The position numbers and the translations under genes are program-made. Under the pieces are notes generated by a model. That model was not told where the DNA came from. It made no database searches and saw only the letters and a list, made by a program, of their open reading frames with translations. Below, piece after piece: positions 9,598 to 17,739 of a stretch of 57,300 nt of DNA (the stretch's first letter is position 1; each line of letters starts with the position of its first letter). This DNA is from Candidatus Pacebacteria bacterium GW2011_GWA1_46_10 (GTDB taxonomy: Bacteria; Patescibacteriota; Microgenomatia; UBA1400; PJMF01), in contig LCLP01000003.1 in the NCBI GenBank assembly GCA_001002135.1, forward strand, positions 107,198 to 164,497, in the 5' to 3' direction.

Positions 9598-9692
9598 ATT
9601 TCCAGAGGTAAATTTGAAAAAAAGAACCACAGACAAGGAAAGTTTTGCCAATTTACAAAGACTGCTGTAGTGCGTCCAACACTGTCACTATT

Positions 9693-10592
9693 CTACACTT
9701 TTTTAAATTCATTCAACCAGCCCAAAATTTTGGCCCCGTATTTCTCTTTTTCCAGGACGTACTTCAAGTGAGCACGGAAATAGTTTTCCGGATCACCCGT
9801 CGTCAACCATTCACCTCTGGTTTGCTCCACCAGCACTTTCTTCTGTTTGGCCACCTGAGTGATGGCGTCCACCGTCCATAACTCACCGTCTTTGCCAGTG
9901 CCGTTGGGGTTGAGGAACTTGAAAATCGAAGGCTTTAAAAGATAACGACCGTAAGAGGCCAAACGAGAAGGTGCTTTACCTAGTTCCGGCTTTTCAATAA
10001 TGTTGTCCAGCACGTTCTCTGTTCCTTTTTTAAAAGAAATAATGCCGTACTTATTCACCACCTCTGGACTAACCGTTTGCGCCATGATCACCCCCTCTAC
10101 TTGAGGATTCTGGTCATAGGTATCAACCAGCGTCTTGGCGTCACTCGGGCTGCCAAACACCACGTCGTCACTATAGAGCACGAGAAAAGCCTCCTCGCCT
10201 TCCACATAACGCATTGCGGAGGCCACCGGCGCGCCGTTCCCATACGGCAGACTCTCGTCCTGGGTAATAACCGTGATCTTACTGGGGTAGTCCAAAATAT
10301 CCTGGACTGACTGATAACGCTCGATCTTTTCTTGCGCGGCCAACTGTTTCTTGATGCGAATAACGCTATTGTGGAAATAGTCCTCGTAAATCGGTTTTCC
10401 CTCTGGGGTGGAGACAATAATAATCTCGGTAATGCCCGCTTCCAAACACTCCTCCACCATAAACTGCATGATCGGCCGGTTCCCGAGGGGCAACATGGCT
10501 TTTGGCAGAGTTTTAGTAATGGGGAGATAGCGGCTGGCAAACCCAGCATCGGTGATGATTGCTTTACGGACACGCTTGTTTTGAACCATCAT
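9693..10592 (-). CDS. galU: UTP--glucose-1-phosphate uridylyltransferase-like nucleotidyltransferase
   Basis: KAIITDAGFASRYLPITKTLPKAMLP, GNG, YGII, IIEKP and YGRY motifs; start at ATG 10592 with an AAGGAG SD. Confidence 0.85.
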   Translation of the reverse strand: MMVQNKRVRKAIITDAGFASRYLPITKTLPKAMLPLGNRPIMQFMVEECLEAGITEIIIVSTPEGKPIYEDYFHNSVIRIKKQLAAQEKIERYQSVQDILDYPSKITVITQDESLPYGNGAPVASAMRYVEGEEAFLVLYSDDVVFGSPSDAKTLVDTYDQNPQVEGVIMAQTVSPEVVNKYGIISFKKGTENVLDNIIEKPELGKAPSRLASYGRYLLKPSIFKFLNPNGTGKDGELWTVDAITQVAKQKKVLVEQTRGEWLTTGDPENYFRAHLKYVLEKEKYGAKILGWLNEFKKV

Positions 10593-10772
10593 AGCTTCAC
10601 TCCTTGTCTTAATGGTGTTTATTGTAAGCCGTTTGCCGGCCGTTTGTAAAATCGTTTCTTCACTCAACTCAAAAAAATCTGCACGCAGTATACTATACAA
10701 AAGTGAAAAACAAGCTCTTCTGAAAGATCGCGCTTTTTCTGATAGAATACCCACTCTAACAAGATTGACGCT

Positions 10773-10958
10773 ATGAAGCAGGTGCTCCAATACTTTCGCG
10801 AAGTGGTGCAGGAATTACAGAAAGTTTCTTGGCCAACCAAGGAGCAAACGTATACCTTAACCGCGGTGGTGATCAGCGTCACGCTGATTGCGGCACTCTA
10901 TATCGGGGGTTTGGATTTTCTGTTTCAGCGTTTGATGAGTTTCGTTTTAGGAAAATAA
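10773..10958 (+). CDS. secE: Preprotein translocase subunit SecE
   Basis: EL.KV.WP motif plus one TM helix, upstream of nusG. Confidence 0.95.
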   Translation: MKQVLQYFREVVQELQKVSWPTKEQTYTLTAVVISVTLIAALYIGGLDFLFQRLMSFVLGK

Positions 10959-10961
10959 ATC

Positions 10962-11747
10962 ATGACTGACAACGACACACAACACAACAACCAATCAGTA
11001 GTCGATGACCAAGTTGATTCCACTGCTCAGTCAACCGATACAGTATCAACTACCCCAGTCGCGGATGAGCAAACTGAACCCGTTGTTGAGCAATCGGCTG
11101 ACCAAGTACCCAGCCAAGCAACCGACCAACCAACCGAATCCCAAGCACCAGTCACTCCGCCGGAGAAACAAGAGGTCAAGGTCGACGCCACCAATGTAGT
11201 CATCATCTCAGATGAGGAGAATAAAAAAGCCCGCTGGTACGTCGTGCACGCTTATTCTGGTCATGAGCGTAAGGTGGCCGAAGCCCTGAAACAGCGGGCG
11301 CAAACTCTTCACCTCACCAACAAAATTTTGGCCGTTCTCATCCCCACCCAGGAAAAAATTCAAATCCGCCGCGGTCAGCGCAAAACCGTCAAAGAAAAGA
11401 TTTTCCCCGGCTACATGCTGGTCAACATGGAAATGACTGATGACGCTTGGCTGGCAGTGCGCACCACACAGGGTGTCACTGGCTTTGTCGGCATGAGCAG
11501 TAAACCAACTCCTCTCCCCAAGCACGAAGTCGAGGCCATTCAGAAGTACATGAGCCAAGCCGAACCACAATTTAAGGCCGACTTTGTCGAGGGTGAAGCA
11601 GTCAAGATTACTGATGGACCATTCGCTGATTTCTTGGGTACCGTGGACTCAATTGATGAAGGAAAAGGGCAAGTCAAAGTACTGATTAATATCTTTGGCC
11701 GTGAAACACCGGTCGAGATGGATTTCCTCCAAGTACAGAAAGTGTAA
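10962..11747 (+). CDS. nusG: Transcription termination/antitermination factor NusG with N-terminal extension
   Basis: WYVVHAYSGHE, FPGYMLV and IFGRETPVE motifs; about 85 aa low-complexity N-terminus. Confidence 0.96.
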   Translation: MTDNDTQHNNQSVVDDQVDSTAQSTDTVSTTPVADEQTEPVVEQSADQVPSQATDQPTESQAPVTPPEKQEVKVDATNVVIISDEENKKARWYVVHAYSGHERKVAEALKQRAQTLHLTNKILAVLIPTQEKIQIRRGQRKTVKEKIFPGYMLVNMEMTDDAWLAVRTTQGVTGFVGMSSKPTPLPKHEVEAIQKYMSQAEPQFKADFVEGEAVKITDGPFADFLGTVDSIDEGKGQVKVLINIFGRETPVEMDFLQVQKV

Positions 11748-11751
11748 AAGA

Positions 11752-11848
11752 AAGTTAATAGTTTAAAGTTAATAGTAAATTTTTAAAAAATGGACGTGTT
11801 AAAATACCCCTTTCGAAACATCTATTAACTATCAACTATTAACTAACC
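11752..11848. repeat. Heptamer-periodic inverted repeat, copy 2
   Basis: AGTTAATAG units and CTATTAACT units flank a loop containing TGtTAAAAT (11797-11805). Confidence 0.7.
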
Positions 11849-11852
11849 AACT

Positions 11853-12278
11853 ATGGCAAAAAAAGTACAACAAGTTCTCAAACTCAATCTGCCGGCTGGG
11901 GCGGCTACTCCCGCACCCCCGATTGGTCCGATTTTAGGCCAAGCCGGCATCAACATGATGGAGTTTCTGAAACAATATAACGATGAAACCAAAGACAAAC
12001 GCGGTCAGGTTATTCCGGCTGAAGTCACTGTTTACCAAGACAAATCATTTACGTTTGTCCTCAAGTTACCGCCTGTTTCTGACCTCATCAAACAGCAACT
12101 CAAACTCCAAAAAGGCAGCAGTGACCCCAAGAAAGACATTGTTGGTGAACTGACTATAGATCAAGTCAAGGCTATTGCGGAAAAAAAGCTCCCTGACCTG
12201 AACACTACCAATCTCGAAAACGCCATTAATACAGTCAGCGGCACTGCCCGGAGTATGGGGGTGAAAGTCAAGGAGTAA
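11853..12278 (+). CDS. rplK: 50S ribosomal protein L11
   Basis: PAPPIGPILGQAGINMMEF...GTARSMG. Confidence 0.98.
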   Translation: MAKKVQQVLKLNLPAGAATPAPPIGPILGQAGINMMEFLKQYNDETKDKRGQVIPAEVTVYQDKSFTFVLKLPPVSDLIKQQLKLQKGSSDPKKDIVGELTIDQVKAIAEKKLPDLNTTNLENAINTVSGTARSMGVKVKE

Positions 12279-12286
12279 GGAACACG

Positions 12287-13015
12287 ATGGGTACAACTCG
12301 CAATGTAGACATGTCCAGCCAAGAGGTGAAAGTGAAAAAAGTCACCGCTCCGGCGGGCACAACCGAGGAAACTCCGGTTGAAGACGAAAAAGCGGCTAAG
12401 ACCCCAGCCAAGCCCCGCAAAATCCACGTCCGCAGTCAAAAGTACACCGCGATCAAGTCTAAAGTCGACCGCAACCGCAAGTATGACGCTTTGTCTGCCG
12501 TCGAGCTGATCAAACAACTCTCCTATGCCAAATTTGGAGGGACTGTCACAGCCGACGTAGAAGTCATTAGTACTGACGTCACGGCAGAGGTTACCCTCCC
12601 TCACCTTACTGGTAAACAGCAAAAAGTGGTGATTGCCGACGACACAATCCTCAAACAAATCGAGGCCGGTCAGCTGGACTTCGACGTGCTGGTGAGCTCC
12701 CCGCAGTTCATGCCAAAACTGGCCAAATATGCCCGAATCTTGGGTCCCAAAGGTCTGATGCCTAATCCAAAAAATGGCACCCTGAGCCCTAACCCAGAGC
12801 GCGCAGTTAAGGAGCTTGCCGCCGGCAAACAAATTATCAAAACCGAGAAGAAACAACCGTTGATGCACATTTCACTGGGGAAAACCTCAACCGAGACAAA
12901 AGCACTGATTGAAAACCTGCGCGCGCTCTATTCCCCACTCAAAAATAAAGTAATCAGCATCACCATCTCGTCCACCATGAGTCCTGGGGTAAAAATCGAC
13001 ACCGAGACCCTCTGA
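12287..13015 (+). CDS. rplA: 50S ribosomal protein L1
   Basis: LGPKGLMPNPKNGT and SSTMSPG motifs; N-terminal extension and shortened core. Confidence 0.95.
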   Translation: MGTTRNVDMSSQEVKVKKVTAPAGTTEETPVEDEKAAKTPAKPRKIHVRSQKYTAIKSKVDRNRKYDALSAVELIKQLSYAKFGGTVTADVEVISTDVTAEVTLPHLTGKQQKVVIADDTILKQIEAGQLDFDVLVSSPQFMPKLAKYARILGPKGLMPNPKNGTLSPNPERAVKELAAGKQIIKTEKKQPLMHISLGKTSTETKALIENLRALYSPLKNKVISITISSTMSPGVKIDTETL

Positions 13016-13040
13016 CTTCCTCCTCTGCTAGAATACTGTC

Positions 13041-13580
13041 ATGACCTCACAGTTACTCTGCGATGGATGTGTGCTGGATCAGACTGGTCAACCCTATAGT
13101 CTATGGGAGGGCCTTAACAAAACACACCAACAACAACTTTTTGATTTTTCCCAAAGCGACCAAGAAATTATCGCCAATACCGGCGATGCTACCCGTTTTG
13201 CCACCACCGAAAAAATGAAAAATTGGCTCTCCGGCCCACGGATCTTTTACGTTCTCACACCCCAACAAAAACCAAACGAAATGTCAGGTTTTATCTGGTT
13301 TTCATCAGAGCCACTGCCGATCAAAACCGCTGAGGAACAAGCCAAAAACAGTCACTGGACCTTTGCTGTTCGCTTGTACCAAAAAGCCCGCGGTCGACAT
13401 TTGTCTTTCCCCTACATGAAAAAAGCTTTTGAGCACTTTTGGCAAAAACAGCCGAGCGAACCAGTTTGGCTCAGTACCAGAGCCACCAATACCATCGCGC
13501 AGAAAATTTACACCAAGTTCGGTTTCACGCTGCTTGGCCAGAAAGATGATAGACTGTACTACGTCATTCGCCCAGAGTAA
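13041..13580 (+). CDS. GNAT family N-acetyltransferase
   Basis: RLYQKARGRHL (motif A-like) and N..AQKIYTKFGF (motif B). Confidence 0.8.
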   Translation: MTSQLLCDGCVLDQTGQPYSLWEGLNKTHQQQLFDFSQSDQEIIANTGDATRFATTEKMKNWLSGPRIFYVLTPQQKPNEMSGFIWFSSEPLPIKTAEEQAKNSHWTFAVRLYQKARGRHLSFPYMKKAFEHFWQKQPSEPVWLSTRATNTIAQKIYTKFGFTLLGQKDDRLYYVIRPE

Positions 13581-13585
13581 TCGTT

Positions 13586-14872
13586 ATGCCTGACCCAACC
13601 AATAATCAAAAACAGTTTTCCATTACCCGCGATCCCCGGATTAGTGCCAGAGTCGCACTCCCCACCCTCAGTACCATCATTTCAACGTTGATCATTGCTT
13701 TCTTGATCTACGCTTTTGTTTCCGGTTTAAGCTTTCAGTTTTACGCCAGCTTTTTGTTTTTGTTTTACGGTATTACGAAAACGATGTGGGTCTCAGTGAT
13801 GTTGTTGGGTCTTTTCCAGACACTCTTGATGATCCCGTTTCGCATCATTCGGGTGGTCAAAACCAATAATATTAAAGAGTTTCAACGCACTGTTGAGCGG
13901 TTGGAAGATGAAGAAAAACAAGGTTTTACTCTTAAAACTCGCTTCCGTGAGGGCAACGTCACTTTTTTGTTTTATGCGGTTGATTTTGTGATGCAGTTGG
14001 TCTCCTATGTCTCGATTGGACGACTCTTTTTAACTGATTTTTACTCGCGCGCCCTCAATCCGGCGGTGCTGTATGACTGGGTTCCCTATCCAGCCTACCC
14101 CATTCGGGATATTTTCTTTAAAATTCCCTACCCTCAGGTCACTGAGAGCGTGGATTTGGGTTGGAAAGTGGTTATTCCAGTCTGGATTGTCTTAGTGGCC
14201 GTCCAAATGATCATTCTGATTGCTCGCCGCTCCATCCGCAGTCAACATGGTCAAGCAACCGAAAAACAATTGTTCACCGGAGAATGGACTCGCTACACCT
14301 CTGGGTACTTGCTCTTCTTCATGGGCTTAGCTTACTTCCTTGTCCGCCACTTTCCCCTCCACTGGCAACTCAGTATTTTCAGTGGAGACGTCAGTATTCC
14401 TAATCGTACTTTCAACACTGTGACGGCCATCGCCACCTTTCTGGTACTGGTGTACCACGGTATCCCTCGAATCTTACGCAAAGGCCGATTGGCTCATTCC
14501 CTGGGAATCGACCAAAAAGTGATCGACACCACCCAAAAAGAGATGTTCAAAGACACGCTGTTTAGCGCCACCTTGATTGGTCTTGGCGCCTTTTATATCA
14601 CCAACCATATTCCCAGCGCCTTCGAGTTATCGATCTTTACTTTGGAAGTCATCTCATTGGCTGCCCCTTTTACTTTAGATCGGTTAGTACTAAAAGGCAT
14701 TAACGTTACCCGCAGCAGTGAAGACAATAAAGAGGATGTTATCCACGAGTTTGGCAGCGGCCAACTGCCAGCAGAAAAATCAGGCGAAGAATCACCACCA
14801 CCTTCAACCGAAGTAAAAGTCAAAGCGGAACAACCAGAAACCTCACAAAAAAACCCAGAAAATAAATCCTAG
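13586..14872 (+). CDS. Divergent YidC/Oxa1-like membrane protein
   Basis: TM - coiled hairpin - TM order, LYDWVP segment and C-terminal ...HIPSAFELSIFTLEVISL resembling the YidC FPAGLxLYW region. Confidence 0.5.
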   Translation: MPDPTNNQKQFSITRDPRISARVALPTLSTIISTLIIAFLIYAFVSGLSFQFYASFLFLFYGITKTMWVSVMLLGLFQTLLMIPFRIIRVVKTNNIKEFQRTVERLEDEEKQGFTLKTRFREGNVTFLFYAVDFVMQLVSYVSIGRLFLTDFYSRALNPAVLYDWVPYPAYPIRDIFFKIPYPQVTESVDLGWKVVIPVWIVLVAVQMIILIARRSIRSQHGQATEKQLFTGEWTRYTSGYLLFFMGLAYFLVRHFPLHWQLSIFSGDVSIPNRTFNTVTAIATFLVLVYHGIPRILRKGRLAHSLGIDQKVIDTTQKEMFKDTLFSATLIGLGAFYITNHIPSAFELSIFTLEVISLAAPFTLDRLVLKGINVTRSSEDNKEDVIHEFGSGQLPAEKSGEESPPPSTEVKVKAEQPETSQKNPENKS

Positions 14873-15219
14873 TGAAAAGAAATATCAAGGTGATAACCGT
14901 AAAGCGGAAAATCTTCTAGTTTTTCTGGATGCATAACGATCGGTCGAAGTGACTCTCGTGCAAAGGTTTCCCCCCTGGTTGGAAACTGCGCTTCTATCAC
15001 TCCACCCTCTTTAAGAGCCCTTGCTGAAATTACTCCTGCAAAATTTTTAAGTACCTCGCGCGAATCTCCCTCAATATCAACTAACACCAGGGTACCCTGA
15101 AACTCCAGAAGTGAAGCAGAGGTTTTTATACCTCGCTTTCTCCCCTCCTTTTCTACCCAATGCTTGAACCCCAGCGCTTTTTGCTCATGTTCTGGCCGAG
15201 GCCGTTGGTCTGCTTCCAT
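14869..15219 (-). CDS. Hypothetical protein
   Basis: 116 aa ATG ORF immediately downstream of thrS. Confidence 0.55.
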   Translation of the reverse strand: MEADQRPRPEHEQKALGFKHWVEKEGRKRGIKTSASLLEFQGTLVLVDIEGDSREVLKNFAGVISARALKEGGVIEAQFPTRGETFARESLRPIVMHPEKLEDFPLYGYHLDISFH

Positions 15220-15228
15220 AATCTAGGG

Positions 15229-17049
15229 TTAGTGTTTATCAACCACTTTTTGCCGAATTTCCTTGACAAGAGTGGCTACTTTCAGCGTTTTTTGTGAACC
15301 ATCTTTCTGACGGACATTAATGCTTTTACTGTCCATTTCTTTATCACCAACGATGAGCATGTAGGGGATTTTTTCCAGTTGCGCGTCACGGATTTTGGCT
15401 GGCAGGCGCTCCGGTCGATCATCGATTTCAACCCGAATTTGATTTTCTGCCAAACTTTGCCGCAATTCTCGGGCATATTTCAGATGCCGATCAGCAATCG
15501 GTAAGATCCGCGCTTGCACAGGCGAGAGCCACACTGGAAACGCGCCGGCGTAGTGCTCGATGAGAATTGATAAAAAGCGCTCGATCGAGCCCATCACGGC
15601 CACGTGAATCATCACCACCCGTTCCTGTTCGCCTTTTTCATTAATACAAAACAAATCAAAGCGCTCCGGCATGTTAAAGTCGAGCTGAATGGTGGCCACT
15701 TGCCACTCGCGGCCAAGCGAGTCATAAGCCATAAAGTCTAATTTGGGACCGTAAAAAGCGGCCTCCCCGATGGCTTCGATCGGTTTCACGCCGCGGGCCT
15801 TGGCCAACTCTCGCAGTTGTTTTTCGGCTGCTCGCCACTTCTCTTCTCCACCAAGATACTTTTCTGGTTCGGCTGGATCATGGAGCGACAGGCGTGGCCG
15901 CAACTCAAAGTCAAAGACCTTATAAAAAGCCTCCACCACATCCCAAACCGCATTGACTTCAGCTACCACTTGGTTCGGGCGACAAAAAACGTGGGAATCA
16001 TCTTGGGTAATCGACCGTACCCGAGACAAACCGCTCAGTTCACCTGTCTGCTCGTCACGATAAACCATCGTCGTGGTGGCGTAGCGCTGTGGCATCTCAC
16101 GGTAACTAAATTGCCTACGAGCAAAGATCTGGGTGTGATGCGGACAGTTCATCGGTTTCATCACAAATTGATGACCCTCTTTGGTAGTCATCCTAAAAAG
16201 CTCGTCGCCGAACTTGTCCCAATGACCGCTGACTTCGTAGAGATCTTTTTTGGTAATGTGTGGTATCTCAACTTGCTCATACCCTTTGGCTTGTCGCAGT
16301 GACCAGACAAACTCATCCAGTAGATTGCGGACAATCGTACCTTTGGGCGACCACAAGGGTAAACCGGGTCCCACCAGATCAGAAAAGCTAAATAAATCCA
16401 GTTCGCGGCCTAGTTTTTTATGATCGCGCTTTTTGGCTTCCTCAATTTTGAAGATGTAACTGTCTAACTCCTCTGGTGATGTAAAGGCGGTGCCGTAAAT
16501 GCGAGTGAGCATTTTATTCTTTTCATCCCCGCGCCAATAGGCGCCGGCAATGCTCAATAGCTTAAAGGCTTTAATTTCACTGGTTGAGCGCGCGTGTGGT
16601 CCATCACAGAGGTCCATGAAAGGAGAAGTGATCTTTAGTTCGCCTTTTTTGAGGGTTTTTTTATCAGCTTCGATTTGTTCTTTCGTGCCGGTCAAATAGA
16701 CTTTTGGCTGTTTCCCCTCTTTTTCAATCTCAGCCAACCATTCTTGTTTATACAAGTTGTCGGCAAACAGGTCGCGAGCCACGGCCAGTTTTACTTCCAC
16801 CGGGTGCATCACTAAACCTTGATTGATGATGCGCTGCATCACTTTTTCAATTTTTGGAAAATCACCCTCAGAAATTTTGAAGTCTTCCGGACTGTCAAAA
16901 TCAAAGTAAAAGCCTTCATCCGTGGCCGGACCCATAGCCATCACTACTCTGTCCGCGCCAAAAAGCTCGTGCATGGCCATCGTCAACACATGCTCCGCGG
17001 TGTGGCGAATCTTTAATAAATGATCTGGGTCATTTTCTTGCTTGACCAT
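15229..17049 (-). CDS. thrS: Threonine--tRNA ligase
   Basis: RHTAEH editing motif, DLCDGPH, RDHKKLG, KPMNCP, EAAFYGPK and GSIERF; start at ATG 17049 with an AAGGAG SD. Confidence 0.98.
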   Translation of the reverse strand: MVKQENDPDHLLKIRHTAEHVLTMAMHELFGADRVVMAMGPATDEGFYFDFDSPEDFKISEGDFPKIEKVMQRIINQGLVMHPVEVKLAVARDLFADNLYKQEWLAEIEKEGKQPKVYLTGTKEQIEADKKTLKKGELKITSPFMDLCDGPHARSTSEIKAFKLLSIAGAYWRGDEKNKMLTRIYGTAFTSPEELDSYIFKIEEAKKRDHKKLGRELDLFSFSDLVGPGLPLWSPKGTIVRNLLDEFVWSLRQAKGYEQVEIPHITKKDLYEVSGHWDKFGDELFRMTTKEGHQFVMKPMNCPHHTQIFARRQFSYREMPQRYATTTMVYRDEQTGELSGLSRVRSITQDDSHVFCRPNQVVAEVNAVWDVVEAFYKVFDFELRPRLSLHDPAEPEKYLGGEEKWRAAEKQLRELAKARGVKPIEAIGEAAFYGPKLDFMAYDSLGREWQVATIQLDFNMPERFDLFCINEKGEQERVVMIHVAVMGSIERFLSILIEHYAGAFPVWLSPVQARILPIADRHLKYARELRQSLAENQIRVEIDDRPERLPAKIRDAQLEKIPYMLIVGDKEMDSKSINVRQKDGSQKTLKVATLVKEIRQKVVDKH

Positions 17050-17120
17050 AGTAGCTCCTTTCATTGTACTTGAGTTTTACGCTTGTTCCAATCTCGTTCC
17101 AATCGCCCATTTTTAAGCAC

Positions 17121-17148
17121 TAAAAAACCCTCCGATTTCTCTGGAGGG
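17121..17148 (-). terminator. Intrinsic terminator of the thrS attenuator
   Basis: CCCTCC-agagaaatc-GGAGGG followed by TTTTTT, about 70 nt before the thrS start. Confidence 0.85.
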
Positions 17149-17180
17149 CCGTGTCTCTCTACAACAACCACACCCCCCCC

Positions 17181-17225
17181 TTAGCGGGTGGTAGTGGTGG
17201 CAGCAAGAGAGAGTCTGATTAACAT
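17181..17225 (-). CDS. thrS leader peptide MLIRLSLAATTTTR
   Basis: ATG TTA ATC AGA CTC TCT CTT GCT GCC ACC ACT ACC ACC CGC TAA: four consecutive Thr codons; TACAAT 7 nt upstream. Confidence 0.85.
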   Translation of the reverse strand: MLIRLSLAATTTTR

Positions 17226-17277
17226 TGAGTGAATTGTATACCAAGTATCAAGCAAAAGAAAAGTAGTATCTGTGTAG

Positions 17278-17739
17278 TCAACCCTGTGCGGGTTGCAGTT
17301 TTTTCCTTTTACGAAGATAAAGTTGTAAACAAATTGTCGCAAAAACAGCAATTAAGACAAAATAAACCACTGCCCCACCCCAAACCAACATCACCGATAA
17401 CTGATCTGTCGCCACATACCACCCATTATCTCTCGCTATTTTCCATAACCAACTCGAACTACCCCAGGAATGACCGGCTGTAAAGAGAAAAACAAAAAAG
17501 AAGCTGAATGGCTCCTTGAGTCTTTTCATCGCCCAATACCAAAAACCAAACCAGACTAATGAACCAAAAAGAAATAACCAAGGAGAAAATAACAAAGCGT
17601 AATAAGCGGGACTCGCCTCATTGACCACTCTCCCCGACCAATACTGCGCATCTTGACCCACTAAAGTCACAATTCCATCAACCAGTGCCGGCAATAAAAA
17701 GGCAAAAAAGAGCGGGTTTTTGGTAAGTAACTTCATCAC
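17278..17739 (-). CDS. Hypothetical integral membrane protein
   Basis: 153 aa with about four hydrophobic helices; coupled to the upstream DUF2207 gene. Confidence 0.7.
   Translation of the reverse strand: MMKLLTKNPLFFAFLLPALVDGIVTLVGQDAQYWSGRVVNEASPAYYALLFSPWLFLFGSLVWFGFWYWAMKRLKEPFSFFFVFLFTAGHSWGSSSWLWKIARDNGWYVATDQLSVMLVWGGAVVYFVLIAVFATICLQLYLRKRKKLQPAQG

Noticed and set aside
9403-9640. RNase P, tmRNA, SRP or group I intron identity for the structured region
   Set aside because: Fragments resemble them (GAGGAAA...GCTC, GACTA), but the P4 partner, tRNA-like ends, SRP helix-8 motif and intron S element are missing or out of order
10593-10790. 66-aa N-terminal extension of galU
   Set aside because: Runs through the divergent promoter region into secE; an SD precedes ATG 10592
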